Shown here: in pieces, positions 18,758 to 33,763 of the stretch
Layout of the letters: each line of letters opens with the position of its first letter
How positions within the stretch are numbered: position 1 is the stretch's first letter
Assembly: GCA_035442145.1 (NCBI GenBank)
Contig: DAORPX010000001.1
Location: 1 to 54,462 of the forward strand
Origin: Nostocoides sp.
Lineage (GTDB): Bacteria; Actinomycetota; Actinomycetes; Actinomycetales; Dermatophilaceae
DNA length: 54,462 nt
Direction: 5' to 3'
Made by a program: the position numbers and the translations under genes
The notes under the pieces: generated by a model
Told to the model about the DNA's origin: nothing
The model's input: the letters and a program-made list of their open reading frames with translations, nothing else
The model's database searches: none

Positions 18758-20278
18758 CTACGCCAGTTTCGCCAAGATCAGTTCCCGGGCGGCCGCGGCA
18801 TCGGCCTGGCCCTTGAGTTCCTTCATGACCTGACCGATCAGGGCACCGGCGGCCTGCGCCTTGCCGTCCCGGATCTTTTGCGCCACCTCCGGATTGGCCT
18901 CGATCACGCGATCGACCGCGGCCTCCAGGGCGCCGGAGTCCTGGACCAGTTGCAGTCCCCGGGCATCCGCGACCACGGTCGGCGTACCTTCGCCCGCGAG
19001 CACGCCCTCCCAGACCGCTCGAGCCATCGAGTCGTTGAGTCGCCCACCGGTGACCAGCGATTCCAATTCCACGACCTCAGCAGGCCCCACGCCGATGCTC
19101 GCCGCCAGTGTCGGGACATCGCTGCCGGCGTCGTTGGCCCGTCGGGCAATCTCTCCGGACCACCACTTGCGTGCCCCAGCCGCGCTCGCGCCCGCACCCA
19201 CGGTCTGCTCGATCAGGTCGACCAGGGCGGCGTTCACCACATCACGCATCTCCAGGTCGCTATAGCCCCACTGCGCTTGCAGCCGCCTGCGGCGGGCCGC
19301 GGGAGGCTCGGGCAGCGTGGCGCGCAAGGCCTCGACATACTCAGCGCTCGGAGCGACCGGCACCAAGTCGGGCTCGGGGAAATAGCGGTAGTCGTCGGCG
19401 TCGGACTTTTCGCGCCCGGACGTGGTGACACCGGTGTCCTCGTGCCAGTGCCGTGTCTCCTGAGTGATCGTCCCCCCGGCGGCGAGGATCGCGGCCTGGC
19501 GGCCGACCTCATACCTAACCGCCCGCTCGACCGACCGCAGCGAGTTGACATTCTTGGTCTCGGTGCGGGTGCCAAAGGTCGTTGAGCCCTTGGGCATGAG
19601 CGAGAGGTTGACATCGCAGCGCATCGAGCCCTGCTCCATCTTGACGTCGGAGACACCCAGCGCCTTGAGCAAGTCGCGCAGCGTGGCCACATAGGCGCGC
19701 GCGATCTCCGGAGCCCGCTCCCCCGCGCCGGTCATCGGCTTGGTGACGATCTCGATCAGCGGGATGCCGGCCCGGTTGTAGTCCACCAGCGAGTGGGTCG
19801 CCCCGTGGATGCGGCCGGTCGCGCCGCCGACATGGCTGGACTTGCCGGTGTCCTCCTCCATGTGCGCGCGCTCGATCTCCACGCGATAGGTACTGCCGTC
19901 TTCGAGTTCGACGTCGAGGTGGCCGCCGAAGGCGATGGGCTCGTCATACTGCGAGGTCTGGAAGTTCTTCGGCATGTCCGGATAGAAGTAGTTCTTGCGC
20001 GCGAACCGGCACCAGGACGCGATCTGACAGTCCAGCGCGAGTCCGATCCGAATCGCCGACTCGACCGCCTTCTCATTGACCACCGGCAGCGCACCGGGCA
20101 GACCCAGGCACACCGGGCAGACCTGAGCGTTGGGCTCGCCGCCGAAGACGGCCGCGCACCCGCAGAACATCTTGGTCTGTGTCCCCAGCTCGACGTGGAC
20201 TTCCAAACCCAACACCGGGTCGTATGACGCGAGCGCCACCTCGAAGGGCAGCGTCGCCTCGGTCGTCGGCCGACTCAT
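18758..20278 (-). CDS. gatB: Asp-tRNA(Asn)/Glu-tRNA(Gln) amidotransferase subunit B
   Basis: [44 protein letters not shown]. Confidence 0.98.
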   Translation of the reverse strand: MSRPTTEATLPFEVALASYDPVLGLEVHVELGTQTKMFCGCAAVFGGEPNAQVCPVCLGLPGALPVVNEKAVESAIRIGLALDCQIASWCRFARKNYFYPDMPKNFQTSQYDEPIAFGGHLDVELEDGSTYRVEIERAHMEEDTGKSSHVGGATGRIHGATHSLVDYNRAGIPLIEIVTKPMTGAGERAPEIARAYVATLRDLLKALGVSDVKMEQGSMRCDVNLSLMPKGSTTFGTRTETKNVNSLRSVERAVRYEVGRQAAILAAGGTITQETRHWHEDTGVTTSGREKSDADDYRYFPEPDLVPVAPSAEYVEALRATLPEPPAARRRRLQAQWGYSDLEMRDVVNAALVDLIEQTVGAGASAAGARKWWSGEIARRANDAGSDVPTLAASIGVGPAEVVELESLVTGGRLNDSMARAVWEGVLAGEGTPTVVADARGLQLVQDSGALEAAVDRVIEANPEVAQKIRDGKAQAAGALIGQVMKELKGQADAAAARELILAKLA

Positions 20279-20281
20279 CGT

Positions 20282-21805
20282 TCAGGCCTCCTGTCCAACA
20301 GCGTTGAGGGTGGGCGCGCACGCCAGCAGCGGGGCGCCCCACGCGTGCAGCAAGCGGGCCTCGAGGGCCGCACCCACGGCATACAGGCGCTGGTCCTGCA
20401 TGGCCGGCGCGAGGATTTGGAAGCCGACGGGCAGACCGTCTTCGGGAGCCAATCCGCTGGGCAGCGACATTCCGGGCACCCCGGCCAGGTTGGCCGGGAT
20501 CGTCGCAATATCGTTGAGGTACATCGCCATTGGGTCATCCAACTTGTCACCGAATCGGAACGCCGTCGTGGGGGCGGTCGGGCTGACCAGGACGTCAGCG
20601 CGCTCGAAGGCCGCGGCGAAATCATCGGCGATGAGCCGACGCACCTTCTGCGCGGAGCCGTAGTACGCGTCGTAGTAGCCGCTGGAGAGGGCATAGGTGC
20701 CCAGAATGATCCGCCGCTTGACCTCGTCGCCGAATCCCGCGTCGCGCGTCGCCGCCATGACCTGCTCGGCGCTCGGATCCCCAATGCCCTCGGGCAGCAC
20801 GCGCAAGCCGAATCGCATGGCGTCGAACTTGGCCAGGTTCGAGCTGGCCTCGCTCGGCAGGATGAGGTAGTAGGCGGCCAGGGCATAGGTGAAGGACGGG
20901 CACGACACCTCGACGACCTCGGCGCCGGCATCGCGCAGGTGCTGAACCGCTTCGTCGAAGCGCTGCTGGACTCCGGCCTGGAAGCCCGAGCCGGTCAATT
21001 CGCGCACGATCCCGATCCGCATCCCCGAGACGTCCGCGCGGCGAGCCGCCTCGACGACCGCCGGAACGGGAGCGTTGATGGAGGTGGAGTCCATCGGATC
21101 GTGGCCAGCCATGACCTCGTGCAACAACGCCGTGTCGAGCACGGTGCGCCCGCAGGGGCCGGCCTGATCGAGCGAGCTCGCCAGCGCCACCAGGCCGTAG
21201 CGGGACACCCCGCCGTATGTCGGTTTGGTCCCCACGGTGCCCGTCACCGCGGCGGGCTGGCGAATCGAGCCTCCCGTGTCGGTGCCGGTGGCCAGCGGTG
21301 CCTGGAAGCTGGCCAGGACCGAGGACGAACCGCCACCGGACCCGCCGGGGATCCGTTCCAGGTCCCACGGGTTGCGGGTCGGCCCATAGGCCGAGTGCTC
21401 GGTCGAAGAACCCATCGCGAACTCGTCCATATTGGTCTTGCCGAGGATGGGCATGCCGGCGGCCTTGATCCGGGTGACGACCGTGCTCTCGTAGGGCGGC
21501 ACCCAGCCCTGGAGAATCTTGGAGCCGCAGGTGGTGGGCATGCCCGTCGCGGTCATGACGTCCTTGACGGCGATGGGAACACCGGCCAGCACGGACAGCT
21601 GGTCACCGGCGGCCCGGCGTGCGTCAACGGCCCGCGCGGCTGCCAGGGCGCCCTCGGCGTCGACATGCAAGTAGGCATGGATGGCAGGATCCACCTGCGC
21701 GGTGCGCTCCAAATGCGCCTGCGTGACCTCGACCGAGGAGATCTCCCCCGCGGCCAGGCGGGCGGCGAGTTCGGACGCGCTGGAGGTGATGAGTTCGTTT
21801 GTCAC
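20282..21805 (-). CDS. gatA: Amidotransferase subunit A
   Basis: [48 protein letters not shown]. Confidence 0.98.
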   Translation of the reverse strand: MTNELITSSASELAARLAAGEISSVEVTQAHLERTAQVDPAIHAYLHVDAEGALAAARAVDARRAAGDQLSVLAGVPIAVKDVMTATGMPTTCGSKILQGWVPPYESTVVTRIKAAGMPILGKTNMDEFAMGSSTEHSAYGPTRNPWDLERIPGGSGGGSSSVLASFQAPLATGTDTGGSIRQPAAVTGTVGTKPTYGGVSRYGLVALASSLDQAGPCGRTVLDTALLHEVMAGHDPMDSTSINAPVPAVVEAARRADVSGMRIGIVRELTGSGFQAGVQQRFDEAVQHLRDAGAEVVEVSCPSFTYALAAYYLILPSEASSNLAKFDAMRFGLRVLPEGIGDPSAEQVMAATRDAGFGDEVKRRIILGTYALSSGYYDAYYGSAQKVRRLIADDFAAAFERADVLVSPTAPTTAFRFGDKLDDPMAMYLNDIATIPANLAGVPGMSLPSGLAPEDGLPVGFQILAPAMQDQRLYAVGAALEARLLHAWGAPLLACAPTLNAVGQEA

Positions 21806-21815
21806 GGTGCGGTTC

Positions 21816-22112
21816 TCAGTCCTGCTCGAGGATCCGGGGCACGGAAAAGCGCTGCTGGTCCTGCTCGGGCGCGCCGGCGAGGGCCTGCTGCGCGGTCAGC
21901 GACGGCCGGCGCACATCGGGGCGGGTGACATTCACCAGCGGCATCGGATGCGACATCGGCTCGACGTCGGCAATCGGCGCATTCTGCACGGTCGCCACCG
22001 ATTCGAGGATGATGCCGAGCTCGCCCACCATGGTCTCCAGCTCGTGGTCCGAGAGCTCGATGCGGGCCAGAGCGGCCAGGTGCGCGACATCCGCGCGGGT
22101 CAATTCGGCCAT
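21816..22112 (-). CDS. gatC: Amidotransferase subunit C
   Basis: [20 protein letters not shown] ... FSVPRIL. Confidence 0.96.
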   Translation of the reverse strand: MAELTRADVAHLAALARIELSDHELETMVGELGIILESVATVQNAPIADVEPMSHPMPLVNVTRPDVRRPSLTAQQALAGAPEQDQQRFSVPRILEQD

Positions 22113-22218
22113 ACCCGCCAGTCTATGCGGGCGCTCTGGGGCGACTAGACGCGCATTCATAGGGCGGCGCGCAGGCACGGCATCGGACGGCCGCTGGTGA
22201 GGCTCAGGTAGAGAAGGC

Positions 22219-25056
<2,838 letters not shown>

Positions 25057-25081
25057 GTCGCGCGGCCCGGATCTTGGCGCA

Positions 25082-25160
25082 GAACCACAGGTTTCACGCC
25101 GAACCACAGGTTGCGCTCAGAACCACAGGTTGCATCATGTGGATCTGAGCGCACCCTGTG
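25082..25160. repeat. Intergenic repeat cassette: 3x GAACCACAGGTT at 19-bp period plus an inverted copy
   Basis: Copies at 25082, 25101, 25120; 25138-25160 is the reverse complement of 25105-25127 with 2 mismatches. Confidence 0.85.
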
Positions 25161-25292
25161 CTAGCAGAGGTTAGTGAAGGGGGGCGACGCGGAAGTTGGG
25201 CCGGGGGGCTCCCATCCGCGGGCCCAGCGGGCACAATGGCGAGCACGAGCGCCGCGCGGTGGGCCGGCATACCGAACCAGAGAGGGTCACCG

Positions 25293-26789
25293 ATGACCAA
25301 CCTCGCGACCAACCTGCTGAACACGGCGAGCAAGCAGCCCGACGCCACCATGATCGCGATGGGGGGCAAGCATCTGCCCTACGGGATGATGTACCAGGCG
25401 GCCGCCAAGCTCGCCGGGGATCTGCGGGCTTCCGGGATCGAGCCGGGCGACCGAGTGGCCTTGATCCTGCCTAATGTCCCGGCGTTCCCGGTGACCTTCT
25501 TCGCCACCCTCATGGCCGGCGGGATCGTGGTGCCGATGAACCCGCTGCTCAAGGCCGGTGAGATCGACTTCTTCTTCACCAACTCGGGCGCCAAGATCGC
25601 CTTCGTCTGGCCGGACTTCGTCGAGGAGGTCACCAAGGGCGCCGCGAACTCGGGCACCCAGGTCATTCCCTGCGACCCCATGGGCCCGCTGGCCGGCCAC
25701 CTGGCATCCGGCGAGCCGATCACCGAGCCGATCGAGCGGGCCGACGATGACACCGCGATCATCCTCTACACCTCCGGGACCACCGGCCGACCCAAGGGCG
25801 CGGAGCTGACCCACGCCAATATCCACCTCAACGCCACCCGCTGCGCCCTGGACATTGCCCAGATCACCCCCGACGACGTGGTGATGGGTTGCCTGCCGCT
25901 CTTCCACGTCTTCGGCTTGGTCGTCGGCCTGCAGGCCGCTGTCATCGCGGGCGCCTCGCTGGCGCTGATCCCGCGCTTCGACCCCGCCGATGCGATCAAG
26001 ACCATCGCCAACGAGCGAGTCACGGTCATGCTTGGGGTCCCGACCATGTATGCCGCGGTCCTGAACCACCCCGACTCGGACAGCCTGGACGCCTCCAGCC
26101 TGCGCACCTGCTGCTCGGGTGGCTCGGCCATGCCGCACGAGGTCCAGCGCGCGTTCGAGGAGAAGTTCGACGCCCAGATCCTCGAGGGTTACGGGCTCTC
26201 CGAGACCTCGCCGGTGGCCACCTTCAACCTGCCCGGCCGGCCGACCAAGTCCGGCACCATCGGCATGGCCATCCCGGGCTGCGAACTGAAGATCATCGAC
26301 GAATCCGGCGCCGCGCTCGGCCCCGGGGAGGTCGGGGAAATCGCCATCCGCGGTGACAACGTCATGAAGGGCTATTGGGACAACCCGCAGGCCACCGCGG
26401 AGGCCATCCCTGATGGTTGGTTCCGCACCGGGGACCTGGCGACCGTCGACGAGGACGGCTACTACACGATCGTGGACCGCAAGAAGGACATGATTCTGCG
26501 CGGCGGCATGAACGTCTATCCGCGCGAGGTCGAGGAGTTGATCTACACCCACCCCGACGTCTTGGAGGTCGCCGTAGTGGCGGTCCCTGACGAGCTGCTC
26601 GGCGAGAATGTCGGCGCCGCGATCGTCATGCGACCGGGAGCAACCACGACCATTGCCGAGGTGCAGGAGTGGACCAAGGAGCGGATCGCGGCCTACAAAT
26701 ACCCTCGCCGCGTCTGGCAGGTCGAGGAATTGCCCAAGGGTCCCACGGGGAAGGTGCTCCGGCGCGAAGTGCACGCGCCGACGACCTGA
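25293..26789 (+). CDS. Long-chain acyl-CoA ligase (AMP-binding)
   Basis: YTSGTTGRPKG, EGYGLSET, WFRTGDL, DRKKDMI, GPTGK. Confidence 0.93.
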   Translation: MTNLATNLLNTASKQPDATMIAMGGKHLPYGMMYQAAAKLAGDLRASGIEPGDRVALILPNVPAFPVTFFATLMAGGIVVPMNPLLKAGEIDFFFTNSGAKIAFVWPDFVEEVTKGAANSGTQVIPCDPMGPLAGHLASGEPITEPIERADDDTAIILYTSGTTGRPKGAELTHANIHLNATRCALDIAQITPDDVVMGCLPLFHVFGLVVGLQAAVIAGASLALIPRFDPADAIKTIANERVTVMLGVPTMYAAVLNHPDSDSLDASSLRTCCSGGSAMPHEVQRAFEEKFDAQILEGYGLSETSPVATFNLPGRPTKSGTIGMAIPGCELKIIDESGAALGPGEVGEIAIRGDNVMKGYWDNPQATAEAIPDGWFRTGDLATVDEDGYYTIVDRKKDMILRGGMNVYPREVEELIYTHPDVLEVAVVAVPDELLGENVGAAIVMRPGATTTIAEVQEWTKERIAAYKYPRRVWQVEELPKGPTGKVLRREVHAPTT

Positions 26790-26792
26790 GCC

Positions 26793-27734
26793 TCAGGCCG
26801 GGGTCGCCTTGGGGCGGCGGTTGACCACATAGGCCGCGCCGAGGACGATCACGAACCCCACCACCTGGGCGACCCCGAGCCGCTCGCCCAGCAGGGCGAC
26901 GCCGAGAATGACCGAGACCACCGGGATCACGTAAGTCACCGTCGAGGAGATCACCGCGCCCGCGGCGCGGACCACGTCATACTGCAGCATGTAGGCCAGC
27001 CCGGTCCCGACCAGACCGAGGGCGGCCAGGCAGGCCAGCGACAACCAGATGGGGTATGCCGCCCCGGCCTCCGGGGCCAGTGACCAGGGGGTGGCAAAGC
27101 GCTCGCCCTGGAGGAGCCACCAGCCCAGCACGATCGGCAGCATGAGTACCGATCCGCAGAGCAGCAAGGCCGCCGGTTGGGAGAGCCCCCCGAGATCCGC
27201 ATCCCCCAGGAAGCGCCGGTTGTAGGTCCAGCCGAGCCCGTAGCACGCGCCGGACAAGACCACGATCAAGAACCCCAGGGGATCTGGGCGTCCGATGACA
27301 TTCCAGGGTTCGGCGATCACCAGGACGCCGAGGAAACCGATCCCGACGGCGCTGAGCTTGCGTGGCGTGAGCCGCTCCGCGGGCAGCAGGACCAAGGCGA
27401 AGAGCACGGAGCTGATGGGCGTGGTCGCATTGCCGATGCCCGCCAACGCCGAGCTCACCCGGGTCTCGCCGACCACGAAACCGATGAACGGCAACACGGC
27501 CAGGAAGACCGAGCAGATCACCAGGTGCCCCCACACGCGCCGACCGCGCGGCAGACGCTTCCCGCTCGCCCGCAGGAGCACCAGCAGAATGGCGGCGCCG
27601 GCGAGGATGCGCGCGCCGGCGATCTGGATCGGTGCCAGGGCCGCGAGCGCGACCTTCATGAACAAGAAGCTGGATCCCCAGATCAGGGATAGCGCCAGGA
27701 ACTTGGCCTGCCAGGGGACGGCCGGCTTGTCCAT
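26793..27734 (-). CDS. DMT/EamA family transporter
   Basis: LIWGSSFLFMK, about 10 TM segments, VTYVIPVVSVILG..LLGE. Confidence 0.92.
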   Translation of the reverse strand: MDKPAVPWQAKFLALSLIWGSSFLFMKVALAALAPIQIAGARILAGAAILLVLLRASGKRLPRGRRVWGHLVICSVFLAVLPFIGFVVGETRVSSALAGIGNATTPISSVLFALVLLPAERLTPRKLSAVGIGFLGVLVIAEPWNVIGRPDPLGFLIVVLSGACYGLGWTYNRRFLGDADLGGLSQPAALLLCGSVLMLPIVLGWWLLQGERFATPWSLAPEAGAAYPIWLSLACLAALGLVGTGLAYMLQYDVVRAAGAVISSTVTYVIPVVSVILGVALLGERLGVAQVVGFVIVLGAAYVVNRRPKATPA

Positions 27735-28723
27735 CAGTGGTCCTCGATCTCGCGCAGCTCACTCGCGACCGCGAGCGCCATGCGTTGGACGTCGCGGGCC
27801 CCCGCCAGGGTGAGTCCGGCCAGGCCACAGGTCGGGGTGATGGTGACCGCCGCCAGGTACGACGCGGCAAGCCCGACACGCTCGAAGCCGTCGCTGACCA
27901 GTCGGCAGGCAGCAGTCACCGAGCCGGAGCCATCGGTGGGCAGCACCCCGGCATACAGCCCCACTCCGGCCTCGATGGACACGGCCAGCGATTCCCACAC
28001 GGTGGGGGTGGCCTCGGTGAGGTCGAGGGCCAGGGCGCCGACCCCGGCGGCGCGCAGCAAGGGAATCGGCGCGCCGGGGTGGCAGCAGTGCACAACCGTG
28101 GGCCCGTCATGCGCGGCCAGGACCGCCTGCAGGCCGCCCAGCACGACCAGCGGGTCGACCGAACGCGCCCGACCGTAGCCGGAGGCCGCGGGCAGCGAAC
28201 CCGCCAGAACCGCGGGCAGGGCCGGCTCGTCGACCTGCAGGATCACCTGCGCGCCCGGGACCAGCCGCCGCACATCGGCCAGGTGGCGTGCGGCCCCCTC
28301 CGCCAGGGAGTCGATCACATCGCGGCTCGCGCCCCGGTCGGTGACGGTGCGCTCGCCGCGGTTGAGCTCGAGGGAGGCGGCCAGAGTCCACGGACCGGTG
28401 ATCTGGACCTTCAGCGGCCCGGCATAGCCGTCGTAAGCCTCGGCGAGCTCATCGAGTTCCTGCCGCAGCAGCGCCGCAGTTCGGGCGGCGTCATGCCCGG
28501 CCCGGTCGACGAAGCGCCAACCGCTGGGCTGGAGATCGACCGAGAGATCGGCGAGCAACCCGGCGCCGCGGCCGATGAGGTCGGCGCCCGGGCCCCGGCC
28601 CGGGGTCTCGGGCAGATACGGAACACCGAGCCCCTCGGTGGGCACCAGAAGGTCGCGCACCGTGATCACCGCCTCCCGCACGGAGGTCCCGGGCCACGAC
28701 CCGATGCCGGATGCCCCGGTCAC
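27734..28723 (-). CDS. Short cobalamin-independent methionine synthase (MetE C-terminal domain, Rv3015c-like)
   Basis: GIGSWPG, KVQITGPWTL, QVDEPAL, VHCC and TPTCG Zn ligands; usual position between mnmA and ligA. Confidence 0.85.
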   Translation of the reverse strand: MTGASGIGSWPGTSVREAVITVRDLLVPTEGLGVPYLPETPGRGPGADLIGRGAGLLADLSVDLQPSGWRFVDRAGHDAARTAALLRQELDELAEAYDGYAGPLKVQITGPWTLAASLELNRGERTVTDRGASRDVIDSLAEGAARHLADVRRLVPGAQVILQVDEPALPAVLAGSLPAASGYGRARSVDPLVVLGGLQAVLAAHDGPTVVHCCHPGAPIPLLRAAGVGALALDLTEATPTVWESLAVSIEAGVGLYAGVLPTDGSGSVTAACRLVSDGFERVGLAASYLAAVTITPTCGLAGLTLAGARDVQRMALAVASELREIEDH

Positions 28724-28798
28724 CGGAGCACCCTGGTCACTGGAGCACCCTGGTCATTGAAGCACCCTGGTCATTGGAGCACCCTGGTCACTGGAGCA
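28714..28798. repeat. Tandem repeat, 5 x 17 bp (consensus CCCTGGTCACTGGAGCA), overlapping the start of the metE-like gene
   Basis: Units at 28714, 28731, 28748, 28765, 28782 with 0-2 substitutions each. Confidence 0.95.
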
Positions 28799-28834
28799 TC
28801 CCCGCCCGGGGCGCGCCGGACCCCGACGCAGCCA

Positions 28835-29500
28835 TCACGGGGCTGGCCGCGCAGCGATGAAGGCGTGCACCGACGGCGGAACCGGACCGATCGACCACGG
28901 CGCAGCGATCGGGGCCCCCGCAGCGAGCGCCAAGGGCACAACACCGCACCAGACGTCGAGAGGCCCCTCGGGTTCGCCCGGTTCGCCGTCCCGGTGCTTC
29001 ATGATCCAGTTCTCGTCGGTGATCCGCAGGCGCAAGCCCATGGTGGCGGACTCCTCCTTGCGGGTGGACGGCCGGACCTCGGCATTGCGACCGGGGATGA
29101 TCTTGTCCGAAATACGCTGCAGCACATCACTTTTGGTCTGGCCGCCGACTTCTTCGAGGCACCCTCTGATGACCGCCGAGCGATAGTTCGCGGAGGAGTG
29201 GAAGGTCGACTCGGCAACGACCAGCCCGTCCAACGCCACCACGCACAGCGCCGCCGGTGACCCGGCCGCCACCTGCCGCAGCGCCCCGGCCCCACTCGAA
29301 CCGTGCAGCAAGATGTCGTCCCCGTCGCGCCCATAGAGCATCGGCACGACCCACGGCTGACCGTCCAGGACGGTGGCCAGCGTGGCGACCAGTTGGCTGT
29401 CCAAGAGCGCGTCGAGTTGGGCGCGCGAGCCCAGGGCCCGATCCGGCTTCCGGGTGAGTTGCGCGAGCCGGGACGACGCCGGGACGGGTGCTGGGGACAT
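28835..29500 (-). CDS. Pyridoxamine 5'-phosphate oxidase-like flavin-nucleotide-binding protein
   Basis: PWVVPMLY, LLHGSSG, DGLVVAESTFHSSANYRS, IIPGR, VWCGVVP; start 29500 or 29509. Confidence 0.85.
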   Translation of the reverse strand: MSPAPVPASSRLAQLTRKPDRALGSRAQLDALLDSQLVATLATVLDGQPWVVPMLYGRDGDDILLHGSSGAGALRQVAAGSPAALCVVALDGLVVAESTFHSSANYRSAVIRGCLEEVGGQTKSDVLQRISDKIIPGRNAEVRPSTRKEESATMGLRLRITDENWIMKHRDGEPGEPEGPLDVWCGVVPLALAAGAPIAAPWSIGPVPPSVHAFIAARPAP

Positions 29501-29543
29501 GGGCGTCATCCCATCACGGGCCGCGGCTCCCGGACGCACCGGG

Positions 29544-30641
29544 TCACGATGCGGATCGGGTATGTCGGGTGCTCGCCGCCCGCTCGATCGTCGCCGAGCC
29601 GAGCACCCGGGTCCCGTCATAGAGCACGATCGACTGGCCGGGGGCGACTCCGCGGATGCGCTCGTCCAGGAGGACACGCACGCGCTCGCCCTGCACGTGC
29701 GCCCACCCGGGCATCTCCTGACCATGGGCGCGCACTTGGGCACCGATTCGGATGGGCTGCGTCGGCACCGGCCCGCACCACAGGGCTCGGCCGGCCTCGA
29801 TCTCGTCGACACCCAGGAGTTCGGCGGTCCCGATGGTCACGGTCTTGGCCGCGGCATCGACGCCCAGGACATAGCGCGGTTGCCCGTCCATGGCGCTGCG
29901 GTCGAGGCCAAGGCCCTTGCGCTGGCCGACCGTGAATCCATAGGCGCCACGGTGCTGCCCCACAACTCGGCCGTCGGCGTCGCGGATCTCCCCGGGAGAC
30001 TCGCCCAGGCGGCGGGTCAACCAGGCCCGGGTGTCTCCGTCCGGGATGAAACAGATGTCATAGGAGTCCGGCTTCTTGGCCACGAAGAAGCCCCGCTCGG
30101 CGGCCTCGCGCCGGACCTCGGGCTTGGTGGAGTCGCCCAGCGGAAAGAAGGCGCGCGCCAACTGCTCGGGGGTCAAAACGCCCAGGACGTAGGACTGATC
30201 CTTCGCGTCATCGATCCCGCGATGCAGTTCCCGACCGCTTGCCCCCGCAACGATCCGCGCGTAGTGACCCGTGGCCACGGCGTCGAAGCCCAGGGCCAGC
30301 GCCTTGTCCAGCAGCGCCGAGAACTTGATGCGCTCGTTGCAGCGCAGGCACGGGTTCGGGGTGCGCCCCGCGGCATACTCGGCAACAAAGTCATCGATGA
30401 CATCACGCTCGAAGCGGTCGGCGAGATCCCAGACATAGAACGGGATTCCGAGCTGGTCGGCAACCCGTCGAGCGTCGCCCGCGTCCTCCAGGGTGCAGCA
30501 GCCACGCGCCGACTCGCGCAAGGTGGCGGCGGAGCGCGACAGCGCGAGGTGAACCCCCACGACATCGTGACCCGCGTCGCGAACGCGTGCGGCAGCCACC
30601 GCCGAATCGACGCCGCCGCTCATCGCCGCCACGACCCGCAT
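29544..30641 (-). CDS. mnmA: tRNA 2-thiouridylase
   Basis: [47 protein letters not shown]. Confidence 0.97.
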   Translation of the reverse strand: MRVVAAMSGGVDSAVAAARVRDAGHDVVGVHLALSRSAATLRESARGCCTLEDAGDARRVADQLGIPFYVWDLADRFERDVIDDFVAEYAAGRTPNPCLRCNERIKFSALLDKALALGFDAVATGHYARIVAGASGRELHRGIDDAKDQSYVLGVLTPEQLARAFFPLGDSTKPEVRREAAERGFFVAKKPDSYDICFIPDGDTRAWLTRRLGESPGEIRDADGRVVGQHRGAYGFTVGQRKGLGLDRSAMDGQPRYVLGVDAAAKTVTIGTAELLGVDEIEAGRALWCGPVPTQPIRIGAQVRAHGQEMPGWAHVQGERVRVLLDERIRGVAPGQSIVLYDGTRVLGSATIERAASTRHTRSAS

Positions 30642-31828
30642 CACGCAGCACCTCGAGCCCGCCGGGCGCGGGCGACGGCGTCGGGTAGCGCCGTCAGCAC
30701 GGCCTCCACGTCGGCCTGCGTCGTCGTGTGCCCCATCGTGAGCCGGATGGCGCCGCGCGCCTCGTCGGGCTCGATCCCCATGGCCAACAGCACATGACTG
30801 GCCCGCGGGACGCCGGCCGTGCAGGCCGATCCGGTTGCGCACGAGATTCCGGCAGCATCGAGCAGGAAGAGTAAGGAGTCGCCGTCGGTCCCGGGGATCC
30901 GCAGGTGGACGTTGCCGGGCAGGCGGTCGGCGTCGCTTCCCGGAGTCCACGCTCCGCTCACGGAGATTCCCAGACCAAGGCCAAGGGCGCGTTCGATCAG
31001 GTTGTCGCGCAACGCAATCAGCCGCGCAGACTCGTCCTGCATCATCGCCACGGCGCTCTCGACCGCGGCGGCGAAGGCGGCGATCCCCGGCGCGTCCAGC
31101 GTGCCTGAGCGCACCTGGCGTTCCTGCCCACCCCCGTGCAACTGCGGCACCAGCACGGCATCCCGCCGGGCCAGCAAGGCGCCTCTTCCCACCGGTCCGC
31201 CGAGCTTGTGACCTGTCACGCTCATCAGGTCAACACCGCTGCGGGCAAAGTCGACCGGAACGTGCCCGACCGCCTGGACGGCATCGCTGTGCATCGGGAT
31301 CCCGAACTCGTGCGCCACACCCGACAGCTCGGCGATCGGCGAGATGGCGCCGACCTCGTTGTTGGCCCACATGACGCTGACCAGGGCGACATCGCCCGGG
31401 TCCGGACCAAGCGCCCGGCGCAGACTCTCCGCGCCGATTACCCCGATTGCGTCGGGCTCGGCGAAGCTCGCCGAGGCCCCTTGGGTCTCAACGAGGAACT
31501 CGACGGGATCGAGGATGGCGTGGTGCTCCGCTCCCCCGACGACCAGTCGGCGGCGCGCCGGGTCGGCGGCCAGCCGCGCGGCATACGTGCCCTTGATAGC
31601 GAGGTTGTCGGACTCGGTGCCGCCCGAGGTGAAGATGACCTCGCTGGGCAGGGCACCAAGTGCCGCGGCGATCCGCTCGCGCGACTCCTCGACGACGCGA
31701 CGCGCTGCCCGCCCCGCCGAGTTGATCGCCGAAGGGTTACCGAGTTGCTCGAGCTGCTCCAACAGCGCCGTTCGGGCTGCCGGAAGCAGCGCGGTGGTCG
31801 CGGCGTGGTCGAGGTAGACGGCGGGCAC
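30641..31828 (-). CDS. iscS: Cysteine desulfurase (IscS/NifS group)
   Basis: [37 protein letters not shown]; TGATG coupling to mnmA. Confidence 0.93.
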   Translation of the reverse strand: MPAVYLDHAATTALLPAARTALLEQLEQLGNPSAINSAGRAARRVVEESRERIAAALGALPSEVIFTSGGTESDNLAIKGTYAARLAADPARRRLVVGGAEHHAILDPVEFLVETQGASASFAEPDAIGVIGAESLRRALGPDPGDVALVSVMWANNEVGAISPIAELSGVAHEFGIPMHSDAVQAVGHVPVDFARSGVDLMSVTGHKLGGPVGRGALLARRDAVLVPQLHGGGQERQVRSGTLDAPGIAAFAAAVESAVAMMQDESARLIALRDNLIERALGLGLGISVSGAWTPGSDADRLPGNVHLRIPGTDGDSLLFLLDAAGISCATGSACTAGVPRASHVLLAMGIEPDEARGAIRLTMGHTTTQADVEAVLTALPDAVARARRARGAA

Positions 31829-31868
31829 CCGGCAAGTGTACGGAGCGCAGCGGGCGCGTCCTCGGGGC

Positions 31869-32825
<957 letters not shown>

Positions 32826-32857
32826 GGGTGCTCCTTGAAGTCAAAGGTCTCGTGGGT

Positions 32858-33640
32858 CTAGATGAACTTGCGCGCGGCGAGGAAGGCGGCCAGCTTGGTG
32901 CCGCCATCGCCGTCGTCGGCGACGATCTCGCCCTGGGCCCGCGGCGGCCGCTTGGTCACGGCAATGACCTCGGTGTAGGCGCCGGCCGCGCCCACCTGGC
33001 CGGCATCGATGCCCAGGTCGGCGAGCGACCAGGTCTCGACGGGCTTCTTCTTGGCCGCCATGATTCCCTTGAACGAGGGGTAGCGCGGCTCATTGATCTG
33101 ATCGGTGACCGAGACCACGGCCGGCAGCGTGCCGACGATGGTCTCGCTGGCGACATCACCGTCGCGACGTGCCTGCACCGAACCCTCAGTGACGGTGAGC
33201 TCCGAGACCAGGGTGATCTGGGGCAGTCCGAGTCGCTCGGCGAGCATGGCCGGCACGACGGCCATCGAGCCATCGGTGGAGCTCATGCCGGTGAGGACCA
33301 GATCCGGGGACCCGATCTTGTTGATGGTGTGCGCCAGGATGAGCGAGGTGGCCCAGGCGTCCGAGCCCTTGATGGCCGGGTCGCTCACATGGACGCCCTT
33401 GTCGGCGCCCATCTGCAGGGCCTTCTTCACCGCGTCGGCAGCGCGCTCGGGGCCGATCGTCACGACCGTCACCTCGCCCTCGGAGCCCTCAGCAATCTTG
33501 AGCGCCTCCTCGATGGCGTACTCGTCGAGCTCGGACAACAACCCTTCGACGCTTTCGCGGTTCGTGGTCAGGTCTGAGTCGTCGAAGCCTCGCTCGGCCT
33601 GGGCGTCAGGCACATATTTCACACAGACGACGATGTTCAT
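32858..33640 (-). CDS. etfB: Electron transfer flavoprotein beta subunit
   Basis: MNIVVCVKYVPD, DEYAIEEAL, NEPRYPSFKGIMAAKKKP. Confidence 0.96.
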   Translation of the reverse strand: MNIVVCVKYVPDAQAERGFDDSDLTTNRESVEGLLSELDEYAIEEALKIAEGSEGEVTVVTIGPERAADAVKKALQMGADKGVHVSDPAIKGSDAWATSLILAHTINKIGSPDLVLTGMSSTDGSMAVVPAMLAERLGLPQITLVSELTVTEGSVQARRDGDVASETIVGTLPAVVSVTDQINEPRYPSFKGIMAAKKKPVETWSLADLGIDAGQVGAAGAYTEVIAVTKRPPRAQGEIVADDGDGGTKLAAFLAARKFI

Positions 33641-33763
33641 CGTGATTGTCATTCCTGTTCCGCTGGGGATCACCGGACATCCGGGGGCTTGGGCATCAGT
33701 TTCTCAGCCCGCCCTGACCGATCCGGGCCACGGGGAGCGTGATTACCGACACCTGCCGGCGGT

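Noticed and set aside
25082-25160. Mini-CRISPR array
   Set aside because: Repeats are 12 bp with 7-nt linkers, far below CRISPR dimensions, and there are no cas genes in the window.
28714-28798. CRISPR array or N-terminal extension of the metE-like protein
   Set aside because: Units are head-to-tail with no spacers, and the in-frame upstream ATG (28774) hits TGA after 6 codons.
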